Assembly (NCBI GenBank): GCA_963666055.2
Contig: CAXWPH010000002.1
Span: forward strand, 288,001 to 352,000
Length of the DNA stretch: 64,000 nucleotides
From: Acidobacteriota bacterium
GTDB taxonomy: Bacteria > Acidobacteriota > UBA890 > WLXD01
Direction of reading: 5' to 3'
A model generated the notes under the pieces. It was given only the letters and a program-made list of their open reading frames with translations. It did no database searches and was not told the DNA's origin. A program made the translations under genes and the position numbers. This document shows, in pieces, positions 42,351 through 51,544 of the stretch. How positions within the stretch are numbered: position 1 is the stretch's first letter; each line of letters starts with the position of its first letter.

Positions 42351-43405
42351 GCACGCGGAAAGGCCGGGGGCCCGTGGAGAGTCCGGGACACGTCTTCGTC
42401 ACGCGTCGGATTCCCGAACCGGGGCTGGCGCATCTGCGCGAAGCCGGGGTACGGCTGACCGTCGGCCAGCAGGACGAGGAAAAGGCGGTCTCGCGCGAGA
42501 TGCTCCTGGCGGGCGTCGGCCAGTGCGACGTCCTGCTGCCGCTGCTGACCGAGTCGATCGATCGCGAGGTGCTGGCGCACGACAACCTCCTCGGAGTAGC
42601 CAACATGGCGGTGGGGTTCAACAACATCGACGTCGCAGTCGCCACCGAGCTCGGGGTTCCGGTCGCCAACACCCCAGGGGTGCTCACCGACACCACCGCC
42701 GATCTCACCTGGGCGTTGCTGCTTGCCATGGCCCGCCGGGTGCCGGAGGCCCACAACTACATGGCGGCTGGACGCTACAAGATCTGGGGTCCCAACCTGT
42801 TCTTGGGAGCCGACGTCAGCCCTGGGGGCAGCGGTCGCCGCAAGGTGCTGGGGGTCGTGGGCTACGGGCGGATCGGCGCGGCGGTGGCCCGCAGAGCCCT
42901 GGGGTTCGATATGGAGGTGTTGGCCTACGACCCCCACGCACGCGCGGCGGTGGATGCGTCCGAGCATGCGCGCTGGGCCGAGCTGTCTGAGTTGCTCGCT
43001 GCCAGCGACTACTTGTCGCTCCATCCCTCGCTCACCGAGCAGACCCGGCACCTGATCGGCGAGCCGGAGCTGCGGACGATGCGCCCCGAGGCCTACCTCA
43101 TCAATACGTCGCGGGGACCCGTGGTGGACGAGCAGGCCCTGGTGCGGGCATTGCGCGAGGGGTGGATCGCCGGCGCTGCCCTCGACGTCTACGAGAATGA
43201 GCCCGAGATGAGCCCGGGCCTGGCGGATCTGCCGAATGTGGTGCTGCTGCCCCACATCGCCAGCGCCAGTCGGGATACTCGCGGAAGAATGGCGGCGATG
43301 GCGGCCACCAACGCGCTCGCTCACCTGCGCCGCGAGCGGGCGCCAAACGTCGTGAACCCGGAGGTCTACGACACCGCTGCCTACTGCCGCCGAGCGGGGG
43401 CCTGA
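42341..43405 (+). CDS. D-glycerate dehydrogenase / glyoxylate reductase
   Basis: NMAVGFNNID, NTPGVLTDTTAD, GYGRIG, INTSRGPVVDE, LDVYE, LPHIAS motifs; GAGGAG upstream of GTG 42341. Confidence 0.93.
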   Translation: MAVGTRKGRGPVESPGHVFVTRRIPEPGLAHLREAGVRLTVGQQDEEKAVSREMLLAGVGQCDVLLPLLTESIDREVLAHDNLLGVANMAVGFNNIDVAVATELGVPVANTPGVLTDTTADLTWALLLAMARRVPEAHNYMAAGRYKIWGPNLFLGADVSPGGSGRRKVLGVVGYGRIGAAVARRALGFDMEVLAYDPHARAAVDASEHARWAELSELLAASDYLSLHPSLTEQTRHLIGEPELRTMRPEAYLINTSRGPVVDEQALVRALREGWIAGAALDVYENEPEMSPGLADLPNVVLLPHIASASRDTRGRMAAMAATNALAHLRRERAPNVVNPEVYDTAAYCRRAGA

Positions 43406-43541
43406 TCGCCCACTTACAGCCAGAGCCGACGCGACAGGGCGTGGCCAGTTGTGGGTCGGCCGGATACCTAGTCAACTACCACCGGCCCACGTCGTCGTCG
43501 CCCCCCTACTCCGGCTGCAACGGTGGAGGGGGTGGGGCGGC

Positions 43542-44006
43542 CTAGACAAGTTGATGCAGCCGCTGCACCAGTTGGTCGAATTCTCCGCCCGTAAAGGAGT
43601 ACCTGAGCTCGAGGAACCGTCTTCTGAAAGCGGCGACTTCTTTCTTGATGGTCCTGTCTTCGAGGACGACCGCATGAATCAGCTGAGCGAGCTCCTGGAA
43701 GTCCGCCTCTTCCATGCCGAAGCGGGTCATCTCCGCGACTCCCATGCGCAACGCGCCCGAGGCCGTGAAGCCTTCCTCCACGGGGGTCGCCTGGTAGTTG
43801 ACGATGATGTTGTTCTCCTCGAGCCGTCGCGCCACCTCTGGCCCGCGGGCATACCCCACGTTGACGATGACCTGATGCGTCTCCGTGAACGAAACCGCGG
43901 CATCACCGGCAACGTCGACGCCGCATTCGTCGAGGGCTCGCGGAGCGGACCGACAAGGGTTCCCAGGTGGTGGTTGCTGACGCTGCCGGGGAACGCGCGG
44001 CGCCGT
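43542..44006 (-). pseudogene. Serine hydroxymethyltransferase-like C-terminal fragment with internal deletion
   Basis: AFPGSVSNHHLGT joined out of frame to ARAL..FTETHQV..LEENNIIVN..ALRMGVAEMTRFGM. Confidence 0.8.
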
Positions 44007-44012
44007 ACCGCG

Positions 44013-44122
44013 CTACGGATCCGTCGGCACGAGCCGCTTCAGCTCCTCGAACCAGTTGGTGACCAGCGTCACCGTGCCGCTGTCGCTCTGGCTGCTCTGG
44101 CCGGTGTCGGGGAACATCACGA
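44013..44122 (-). pseudogene. C-terminal remnant of an acidobacterial Ser/Thr kinase-propeller protein
   Basis: Translates ...VTLVTNWFEELKRLVPTDP*. Confidence 0.65.
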
Positions 44123-44270
44123 ATCCGCTCCAGTGAAGGCTACCCGGAGGAGACTCGTCGGATCCTCGAAGGGAGCGCCAGCGGCTCCGTGTTCACTTGG
44201 AACCGGGCGGCCGAGCCGGTCACGAACAACGCGGCTAGCGTGGCCGCGAGCGCGCCGCGAGCGCCGGGTG

Positions 44271-45434
44271 TCACGAGATCATTACCGTGCGCGCGAACTG
44301 GGCGTTGTTCTCCCAGCTGGTCCTCTTCTCGGCCAGGTCCTCCAGCACCGGCTGTACCCTGCCATTCGCATCGATGGCGCGCGACACGACGGTGTGCTCC
44401 CCTGCCGTGGCACCTTCCCAACGGTATACAAAGAGCTTCCAGGAGTACTTCGTATTGCGCGGATCCAGCGTCGCTTGCTCCCAGGGCCCGTCGTCGATCT
44501 TCACCTCCACCCGAGCCAGCGGCGTCCCGTCGGTCAAGGCGAACCCGTGCACGGTGTGATGGTCGGCAGCGCGCGTGACCCGGGCGATGGCCGACTTCAG
44601 CTGGATGCGGGTGACCGAGGTCTCCATGTACTTGAGGCTGCCTCCCACCTGCTTGGCCGTCAGCGTGACGTAGTGGTTGGCCATGAACTTGCCCATGAAT
44701 CGACCTTCCTGCACGTGGATCTGCTTGAGCCATTTGACCTGGGCAACGCCGTACCAGCCCGGGATGATCAGCCGCAGCGGCGCTCCCTGATGGATGCTCA
44801 GCGGCTCGCCGTTGAGCTCGTACGCAAGCATGGTGTCGTCGCGCAGGGCGTCTTCTAGCGACATGCTGCGGGCGTATTGCTGATCGACCAGCCAGCTACT
44901 ACCCCGCTTCTCGATCGTCTCGGTTCCCACATCGGCACCGAAGAAGACCACTTCCTTGCCGGCCGGCTCGACGCCCACCTCGTCGAGCAACGCGCGCAGA
45001 CTCGTACCGCCCCAGCGGCCGTTGCTGACCAGCCCGTGGAAGCGGCGGCGGCTGTTGCCGGAGCACTCGAACGCACAGGCCAGCTCCGTGCGCGGGCGTC
45101 GACGGATGTCCGCCATCGACAGCTTCTGAGGCCGCGACACTTGCCCGCTGATCTCGAGCTCGTGGGTCGCAGCGTCCACTTCAGGATGCCCGTAGTGCTG
45201 AACGGTGAAGAACTGGTCGGCCGGCGTAAAGAATTCGTCGATCTCGCGGATATCTACGAGCCGAACGATTGGCGTCGGGTTGGTTTCGAACCCGTCCGGC
45301 ATGTCGGTGAACGGAACCGTTTCGTCTTGCGACATCGCGGCCAGCGCCCAATTCGGCACACCGACCACCATCGATCCGGCGACGATCGCACCGGCCTTCG
45401 TCGCGTCGCGGCGCGTCATGCGCTCAGACATCAT
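44271..45434 (-). CDS. Sulfite-oxidase-family molybdopterin oxidoreductase, Tat-exported
   Basis: TRRD Tat motif, FECSGN Mo ligand, HQGAPLRLIIPGWYG..VKWL, Ig-like dimerisation domain. Confidence 0.93.
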   Translation of the reverse strand: MMSERMTRRDATKAGAIVAGSMVVGVPNWALAAMSQDETVPFTDMPDGFETNPTPIVRLVDIREIDEFFTPADQFFTVQHYGHPEVDAATHELEISGQVSRPQKLSMADIRRRPRTELACAFECSGNSRRRFHGLVSNGRWGGTSLRALLDEVGVEPAGKEVVFFGADVGTETIEKRGSSWLVDQQYARSMSLEDALRDDTMLAYELNGEPLSIHQGAPLRLIIPGWYGVAQVKWLKQIHVQEGRFMGKFMANHYVTLTAKQVGGSLKYMETSVTRIQLKSAIARVTRAADHHTVHGFALTDGTPLARVEVKIDDGPWEQATLDPRNTKYSWKLFVYRWEGATAGEHTVVSRAIDANGRVQPVLEDLAEKRTSWENNAQFARTVMIS

Positions 45435-46240
45435 CCTCCTCCTTCGGAAACCCGGCGAATCGGCATCCCGGGCCGGTTCCCAGTGGTCTCTCCGTTTTGG
45501 TACACGATCTGCCCGTTGACCCAGACAGTATCAATTCCGGCCGACGAAAGGTGCGGCTCCTCGACCGTGGAGCGATCGATCACCGTCGCCGGGTCGAACA
45601 AGACGAGGTCGGCGTAGGCGCCTTCCTCGATCGTGCCGCGATCGACGATCCCGACGTGAGCCGCCGGCAGGGCGGTGATCTTGTGAACGCCCTCCTCGAG
45701 GCCGACGACGCAGCGATCCCGTACGTAGTGGCCCAGGAACCGGGTGAACGTTCCGTAGCCGCGCGGGTGGGCGCCGGCCAGACCGCCATCGCTACATATG
45801 TTGGCGTACGGCCACGCCATGATCGCCTCGATATCGGGCTCGTCCATAGCGAACCCGAGCATCGACGAGCGGGCCGCGTCGCCGCCCCGCCGAGCGAACT
45901 CAGCATCGACCCCCAGCAGGTCCATCAGTGTCGTGTACGGGTCCGCGCCTCGCTGCTCTGCGATCTCGGCCACGCTCATGCCGTTGTACTCCGGCTGCGC
46001 CGGGTAGTTCGCCAGCAGCAGCCCTTCGGGCCGCATCATCTCCTGGAGCACATACTCGGCGCCCTCGCGGCGGCCCGGATCGCGGTCCGGAAACACGGTG
46101 AGCAGCCATCGGAAGCCGGTCTGCAACGCCGCGTAGGGGTAAACGTCGGCGGTGATATCGACGCCCGAAGCACGCGCCTCGTCGAGGATGCCGATCAGCC
46201 GCTCCGCATGTCCCCACCAGCGCGGCATCGCCACATGGCG
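45431..46240 (-). pseudogene. N-acyl-D-amino-acid deacylase, C-terminal fragment
   Basis: ITADVYPY, CSDG, HPRGYGTF, RGTIEEGAYADLVLFDP, VWVNG motifs; N-terminal half absent. Confidence 0.85.
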
Positions 46241-46421
46241 CCTGGACCTACTCCGCCGGTGCTTCATGGCGGGGGCGTGTTTGAAACAAACGACGCTAAG
46301 GCGCACGAGATTGAACCCGACACCATCGATCTTCATTGATGTCATCCGTCGAGCCCGAGCGGCGGCTGAGGCCGAGCAACAGCAGTGAACCCGAGAGCAA
46401 GCGAAACGGCGAGGTGAGCGA

Positions 46422-46530
46422 ATGGACCTAGAGCAGCGAGTCAAGCGACTGGAGCGAGAAAACAGGCACTGAAGATCGCAGGCGGTGCCGTGGTGTCGGT
46501 GCTGCTGGGCGTTGCGTTGGCGGGTGCGGT
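46422..46530 (+). pseudogene. Frameshifted remnant of a coiled-coil/TM protein
   Basis: GAGGTGA RBS, MDLEQRVKRLEREN, then in a shifted frame LKIAGGAVVSVLLGVALAGA. Confidence 0.45.
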
Positions 46531-46773
46531 AGCTCCACAAGAGGAAGGATGGTTCCGCTATCGCGTGAAGCGTGACCAACCGATCATCCCTTCCGCCATT
46601 TCAGCAAACGAGTCCGAAAACCCCTTGCCGAGACAGTAGAGTTCACCCGAAGGGAAGGTGACGTAGGGAGGCCCTGTTTCCAAAGCGCCTCTTGCCCAGG
46701 CCGGCGTCCTGGCTTTGTCACCTCACCGGTAGGTCGTGGTCATGGGATCGTTCCCGTGGCACTCCAGCTGCCG

Positions 46774-47195
46774 ATGAACAAGCGAGTCGTACTCGCCGTG
46801 GCCCTGGCACTTGGTGCGAGCGGCCTCGGAGCGGCTCAGACCGCTGCCGACCGGATCCTCATAGCCGGGCGTATCTTCACCGCGCACGACCAGGAGCCCT
46901 GGGCGGAGGCGTCGCGATTCGCGGCGACCGCTTCGTGTACGTGGGATCACGAGAGGGCGTCAGGGCCCACCAGGGCTCCCGAACCGTGGTCGATGAGCTC
47001 CCCGACGCGTTCATCACCCCCGGCTTCACCGACTCCCACGTCCACCTCATCTGGGGCTCGGATTCCCTCGATCGCGTCGGCCTCGGTGGCGCGCGCAACC
47101 TGGCGGACATGCTGGCCCGTCTCAAGGCGTTCGCCGATGCACACCCGGAACGGGACTGGATCGTCGGGGCGGGCTGGGGGCTTGGGGCATTGGAG
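46774..47195 (+). pseudogene. YtcJ-like amidohydrolase, N-terminal fragment with frameshift
   Basis: Signal peptide, GRIFT, AIRGDRFVYVG, PGFTDSHVH, WIVGAGW; truncated. Confidence 0.85.
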
Positions 47196-47239
47196 CAGTC
47201 CCCTTACCACAGCGGTGGTAGTTGCTATCGATTCGGGAC

Positions 47240-49206
47240 TTAGATCCGCGGGAACCAGCCGTGGCGCATCTGCACGAGCTCTCCGACGGCGCGGTGCGCC
47301 TCGTCGAAGGCGGTCTGGGTGAGATCGATCCCCGAGGCATCGGTGTTGGCGATCGTGATCCGCCCGAAGGGCTGACTGGCGACCTTCCAGGGCTCCTCGC
47401 CGGGAGGCGACTCCGGATCGAACAGCGTGTTGGTCGCCAGGGCGTAGCCGTGCGGCCAGCGGTTCACGGTGATCGCCTCGATGTCGCGCGCCGGGTCGAA
47501 ACCCGCCGGCGACAGCACCCGCGCCATCTGGTCGCGGATCCGTCGTTCGAAGTCCTCGAAGGATGTCTCCAGGAGCGCTTGTCGCACCGCTCGCATCTGC
47601 TCCCGAACCGGTGTGCCCGGGGGGATCGGCTCGCCGCGGCGTAGGCCGCGAACCATCGGTTCCCAGGAGAGCACCCCTCCGCCAGCCCCCAGCGAGACGA
47701 CGATCGGGTCGGCGGGCGTGCGCGGTGGATCGTAAGTCCCGAGCGTGATCGGTGCGCGAGGGCGGATGGCGCTGTAGAACGAGCCCGGACACGAAACGCT
47801 GGAGACGCCGAGCTCCTCGAGTGCCCGCCAGTCGCGCACCAGGACGTTGGTGGACATATTCACGGCGCGTGCGGCGAGGCTCAGCGCTTCCTTCTGCTCG
47901 GATGGAAGCTCGGGACACAGGTGCGGGATCATGGTGTGGTAGCAGGCCAACACACAGCCCTTGCCGCGCACCCGGTAGGCCTTGCCACCGCGGACGTAGG
48001 TGATCTCGGTCTCGCGGGAGTCCGAGCTCAAGACCTGCGGTGGATCGCCGACATGCTGCGCGCGGACGGCGGCGCTGTTGAGCCGCAGACGCACGGGCGA
48101 GCGCGGCTCGTCGAGCTTCGAGTAGTCGGTTCGCCGGAGCTCGACGCTCGCCATCGATCCCGCTGGTAGGGCCGCCGGGATCAACGAGCGCACGATCATC
48201 CGCGCGATGTCGGAGTTGCCGGCCGGGAAGTAGACGTCGGTGGTGTCGTGGTCCGGGTGGGCCGGTGACTCCGGCGGAACCTCGAAGCCGAGCCCCTGGA
48301 AGCCCGGCAGGCCGCGATAGAGGGCGAACCACGCGCTCGAGGTATCGGCGCCCAGACACCAGACCCCACCAACCAGCGGCAGCACGTCCGGATGCACTTG
48401 GACGACATCCAGCAGGTAGTCGCGGTAGCTGATGCGTTGCAGCCGTTCGATCTTCTCCTCGCGGGACAGCCCCGGCAGATAGTCGCGCCGGTCGTTCCAG
48501 AGCCGCAGCAGGTCCCGGCGTATCGGCTCAGTGAGCGGCGTCTTGGCGAGGAACTCCGCCGTGGGTCGGCGGACGCTGCCGTTGACGAGGACGTCTTTCC
48601 CGAAGCTCTCCTTGCCAAAGAAAACGGCTGGCTCCAGCCCCAACTCCCTGAACATCCCTCGATGGACGTTGTTGGTAGGATGATCCAGCTCGACGCCGAT
48701 GTCCTCGAGCATCTCCCGCGCCGGCAGCGGATAGCGGTCGGGCGCCACCATGTAAGACGTGCCGCCGGTCACCAGCAGCACTTGGCCGTCGTGCTCGAAC
48801 TCGTTGCGCCTGGCGTGGCCGCCAAAGTCGTCGTGGTTCTCGAGAATCAGCACGCGGGCGTCAGGGCTCGTCGCCTTGCGGAAGAAGTACGCCGCCGCCA
48901 GACCGCTGAGGCCGGCGCCGACCACGATCAGGTCGTAGGTCTCGCCGGTGTCCTCGGCGTCATCCCACGTGACGCCGTCGCGGGCGGCGTGGGCCGCCTC
49001 GAACGAACCGGGGTGCGAGCCGCGCATATACCGGTACGGGCCGGCGGGTAATAGTCGGCTGCCTTCTCGGGGCCGTGGGCCTGGCTGACGCCTGCGGCGC
49101 GAAGCCTGGCCGGCAAGGCCATCGCACCGCCGACCGCGACGCTCACGCCGTTGACGAAGTCGCGCCGGGTGATATTGCGGTCCATTCCGAGTCCACGATC
49201 GCGCAT
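47240..49206 (-). pseudogene. Spermidine dehydrogenase (SpdH)-like flavoprotein, Tat signal, 2-nt frameshift near 49028
   Basis: ITRRDF Tat motif; YYPP..TG/MRGSHPGSFE, VGAGLSG, NHDDFGGHARRNEF, ITVNRWPHGYA; extra AT before MRGSH. Confidence 0.85.
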
Positions 49207-49290
49207 ACCTATTCCTCGAGTCAGGGCGCCCCTTCGGTTGTGAGCTTCAGAGCACGCCTGCGGTGATGGACCAAGCGAACGGAGGCCGGC

Positions 49291-50835
49291 TTACGCGTGC
49301 GGTGCGATCTCGGTCATGTACCACTTGATAAATCCGGCCGGTCCCCCTTCTCGCGTGGCGTACGGTTGCCCGCCGCGGAAGTTGTAGCGACTGTTCTGGA
49401 TCCCGTGCTGGTTGTTCTCGACGATCCATAGATCCTCTCGGTAGGTGACGTCCCAGAGCTCCATCATGCGCTCCACGTCCACCTCTTCATCCTTGGCGTC
49501 GCCCTTGACCAGCCAGAAGATCTCGACATCGGTCGACTGTATGTCTCGTGGGGTGAAGCGGGCAACCGCGATGTGGTCGTCGTAGGCGGCGAAGAACGAC
49601 GTCGAGAAACCGGTCGTTGCGCCGCGCCGCTGATGCGTCCACTCGTCGAGGATGAGCGGCGCCACCGGCTTGCCATCGAGGCTGCCGGTGACGAAGCCGG
49701 GTGAGAGGTGGCGGTTCATCGTGTAGCTGTTCTGGTTCGCGTTGTCCTGTTGCCGCTCCGTGTGCTCGTGGCTCACCAGTTCCTGCTCGAGGTTGGCGCG
49801 TTGCTCGGGGGTCATCACGTGCGCTTGCTGCCACCACTGGACCATCACCAACGACTTGTGCGCCGGCTCGCAGTGATAGCACTCCTGGAAGTTCTCGACC
49901 GCCAGCTTCCAGTTCGCCTTCGTCGGGTACTGCTTGCGAGCTACTACTTTCAGATTCGCGGTTCCATAGAGCTTGGAGACCCCTCGCCACCTGGCCACGA
50001 AGTCGTCGAAGCCCGCTGGTTCTTCGTCGGCCAGGCTGACGAAGATGAAGCCTTCGACCATCTGCACGTGGGCCGGGTGCAGGCCGTGCTGGTCTTGTTC
50101 GAACCCCTCCGGCATCCCGGTTGGCAGCGAGATCAGCTTGCCGTCGAGATCGTAGGTCCAGGAGTGATACGGGCAACGAAAGACCGCTGTGTTACCGCTC
50201 GGTCCCTGTTGTGCTACCGACAGCCGCGAGTCCGCCGGCTTGCCGTCGAGCGTCGCCTCGCCGGGCAGGTCCTTGTCGAAACCGTGCAGGCAGAGCCGCG
50301 ATCCGCGGTGTCGACAGACGTTGTGGTAGGCCTTCACGGCACCGTCGTTGGCCCGCAGGATGATGAGACTGCCGCCACGGCCGAACTCGAAGACGAAGTA
50401 GTCGCCCGGATTGGGAATGCGGCTGTCATGGTCGGCCATGAACCAGAACTGCTCTTGCAGGAAGCGCTCTTCGTTCAGCCAGTGCTTCTCGGCGAGGTAG
50501 TACTCGGCCGGAATCGTGGTGCCTTCTTGCCAGCCGCCCGGATAGCTGGGGGCCTCGCCGGGTGGCGACATGATCTCCTCCAGCAGCACATCGCGACCGT
50601 CAAAATCCTCGCCGCCATACGTCACTTCGGGCGGCATCGTGATCGGACCCCGAGCTGCGGATGTCGCGGCCTTTGCTGCCTCCGACGTTCCCTTCTCCGT
50701 CAGCGTTTCACCACGCAGCACCTTGGGAAGCGCCACCGCGGCCGCTCCCGCCGCAACCGATGTCTTGGCGAAGTCGCGACGGCTGACCTTCTTGCGCTCG
50801 GTGTCCTTGTTCTTCTTGCCCCCTCTCTTGCTCAT
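49291..50835 (-). CDS. Rieske non-heme iron oxygenase alpha subunit (GbcA/CntA-like) with Tat-like leader
   Basis: NVCRHRG...CPYHSWTY, NWKLAVENFQECYHC..AH, EDLWIVE motifs; SRRDF plus hydrophobic stretch at the N-terminus. Confidence 0.93.
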   Translation of the reverse strand: MSKRGGKKNKDTERKKVSRRDFAKTSVAAGAAAVALPKVLRGETLTEKGTSEAAKAATSAARGPITMPPEVTYGGEDFDGRDVLLEEIMSPPGEAPSYPGGWQEGTTIPAEYYLAEKHWLNEERFLQEQFWFMADHDSRIPNPGDYFVFEFGRGGSLIILRANDGAVKAYHNVCRHRGSRLCLHGFDKDLPGEATLDGKPADSRLSVAQQGPSGNTAVFRCPYHSWTYDLDGKLISLPTGMPEGFEQDQHGLHPAHVQMVEGFIFVSLADEEPAGFDDFVARWRGVSKLYGTANLKVVARKQYPTKANWKLAVENFQECYHCEPAHKSLVMVQWWQQAHVMTPEQRANLEQELVSHEHTERQQDNANQNSYTMNRHLSPGFVTGSLDGKPVAPLILDEWTHQRRGATTGFSTSFFAAYDDHIAVARFTPRDIQSTDVEIFWLVKGDAKDEEVDVERMMELWDVTYREDLWIVENNQHGIQNSRYNFRGGQPYATREGGPAGFIKWYMTEIAPHA

Positions 50836-51544
50836 GTCACCCTCCTGCGGCCCGCGGACAGGACGTCCGGATGCCTGCAATGCAAACACAAGTACGCCGC
50901 TTTTACCACGGCATTGTCAGGTTAAGCGACGCGTTTGGCAGATTGCACCGGGAGTGTGATTCGTCGTCGCCACCCCTGCGTCGCCCGCTCAATGCCTGGT
51001 TCGTCTTCCGGGCCCATAGATCGGTCGTCCGGGCCGTGCACCGGTGTGCTCTCCGTCGTCGAAGACGACGACATCGGCCCAGTAGCCCTGGAGTAGCCGG
51101 CCCCTGTCCTCGAGCCGCAGAACCTTATTCGGCTCGTGAGATATCGGCCCGTTGACAGAGGTTGCGGCGCAGTGCTCGGTTGCGGCGCGGTGCTAATGGC
51201 TCAGGGGGGGGGGCAAGCTCCGACTGCAAGGGGAGCTGCCTCGGGTCACAGGAAGCAGGGGAAACCAAATCATTGGAGCGGCGGAGCCAATTAGTTGGAT
51301 ATTGTGGCGCCCGGACGTGCCGCGGACCCGCAGAGCGGTTCCCGTTTCGTGCCGTGCTCGCCTCCAGTCCAGCGACGACTGATCGGGGCATCGGACGGAA
51401 TCGCCCAGTAGACGTGGTCTGGCGCCAGAATGTTGAGTTTGCGCAAGCGCGGTGCCGACCGAGACGCCACAAGAGGGCCGATGGGCACGATTCTTGCATT
51501 CTTATTGTGAAGCATTCAAGTGAATCAACCCAGGAGGAAGTGGA

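Noticed and set aside
51200-51300. Cobalamin or other riboswitch upstream of the TonB receptor
   Set aside because: A GGGAA is present but the B12-box and other conserved elements could not be identified.
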